Of a stretch of 64,000 bases of DNA, positions 63,426 to 64,000 are shown in pieces (position 1 is the first letter of the stretch; each line of letters opens with the position of its first letter). Source of the stretch: Eledone cirrhosa. Its lineage: Eukaryota. The notes below the pieces were generated by a model that saw nothing but the letters and a program-made list of their open reading frames with translations, was not told the DNA's origin and searched no databases. The stretch lies in the NCBI GenBank assembly GCA_964016885.1, contig OZ024741.1, forward strand, positions 240,746,001-240,810,000, in the 5' to 3' direction. Position numbers and translations under genes: made by a program.

Positions 63426-63497
63426 TTTTGTCTGAAGAGAACATGTAGGGCAACTGTTATACAACTACCATATGTCTTCGAAATACATAAATCAAAA
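63426..63497 (+). ncRNA. Type I hammerhead ribozyme with mutated cleavage site
   Basis: UUUUGU-CUGAAGA-GAACAUGUAGG..CCAUAUGUCUUC-GAAA-UACAUA-AA; the inverted copy at 62661-62684 keeps the intact GAAAUAUGUAUA^ACAAAA. Confidence 0.6.
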
Positions 63498-63605
63498 TAA
63501 ATAGGGATGGACAAATGGAACTGTCTTTCTTGTTTATTATTATAATAAAACTCCGGATGAACAAAAATCGTGGAGTGCTTGACATCTGTTAAGAAATTTG
63601 GCAGA

Positions 63606-63709
63606 TTTTCAATCAACTTTCTTCCATTTTCAATCAACTTTCTTCCACTTTCAATCAACTTTCAATCAACTTCCTTCATTTTCAATCAACTTTCTCCCAC
63701 TTTCTTCCA

Positions 63710-63710
<1 letters not shown>
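63606..63710. repeat. ~21-bp tandem repeat
   Basis: ttttcaatcaactttcttcca, 4-5 units. Confidence 0.85.
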
Positions 63711-63785
<75 letters not shown>

Positions 63786-64000
63786 TGGTAGAAATCCACA
63801 GTGCTCAATTTGTTGGAAGAGAGCTTATTTAGTATAAACAAAGTTTCATACACTTAACATGTATGTGCTACCATTGGATTTTGGGTCCAATCATGACTAC
63901 CACTGTATATGGGGGAGGCACATTTAAACTGACCCATCATTTGGGCACATGGACTAAAATCTGGACCTTCATTCAGGCACATGGACAAACATATTTTTGT

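Larger units (their letters stand above)
62619..63600 (+). mobile_element. 5'-truncated Penelope-like element: inverted partial pLTR, endonuclease, pLTR with HHR
   Basis: 62619-62684 is the inverse of 63479-63544; endonuclease between; (TA)n downstream at 63713. Confidence 0.8.

Noticed and set aside
63551-63580. SECIS-like hairpin in the PLE end
   Set aside because: Stem too short, lacks SECIS core geometry, and no in-frame UGA at a Cys position

Overview
AT-rich, microsatellite-dense eukaryotic DNA with no host protein-coding gene I can support; the repeat families suggest an octopus/cephalopod genome (inference). It holds tRNA-derived SINEs, RTE and CR1-type LINE pieces (one RTE has an uninterrupted 655-aa RT ORF containing a PHD finger), mariner, piggyBac-like and Helitron-like remnants, and about 17 kb of minisatellites whose long ORFs are artefacts. 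The main hidden signal, invisible in the ORF track, is a set of about 13 type I hammerhead ribozyme (HHR) motifs, found by hand-folding. They lie on both strands in short elements, most of which abut (TA)n. Two degraded Penelope-like (PLE) GIY-YIG endonuclease sequences lie upstream of HHRs. The HHRs occur in a 915-bp palindrome, a 74-bp tandem dimer, a divergent pair flanking duplicated octamer motifs, and palindromes that seem to fold back at HHR stem II. All structures are manual predictions and no searches were run.
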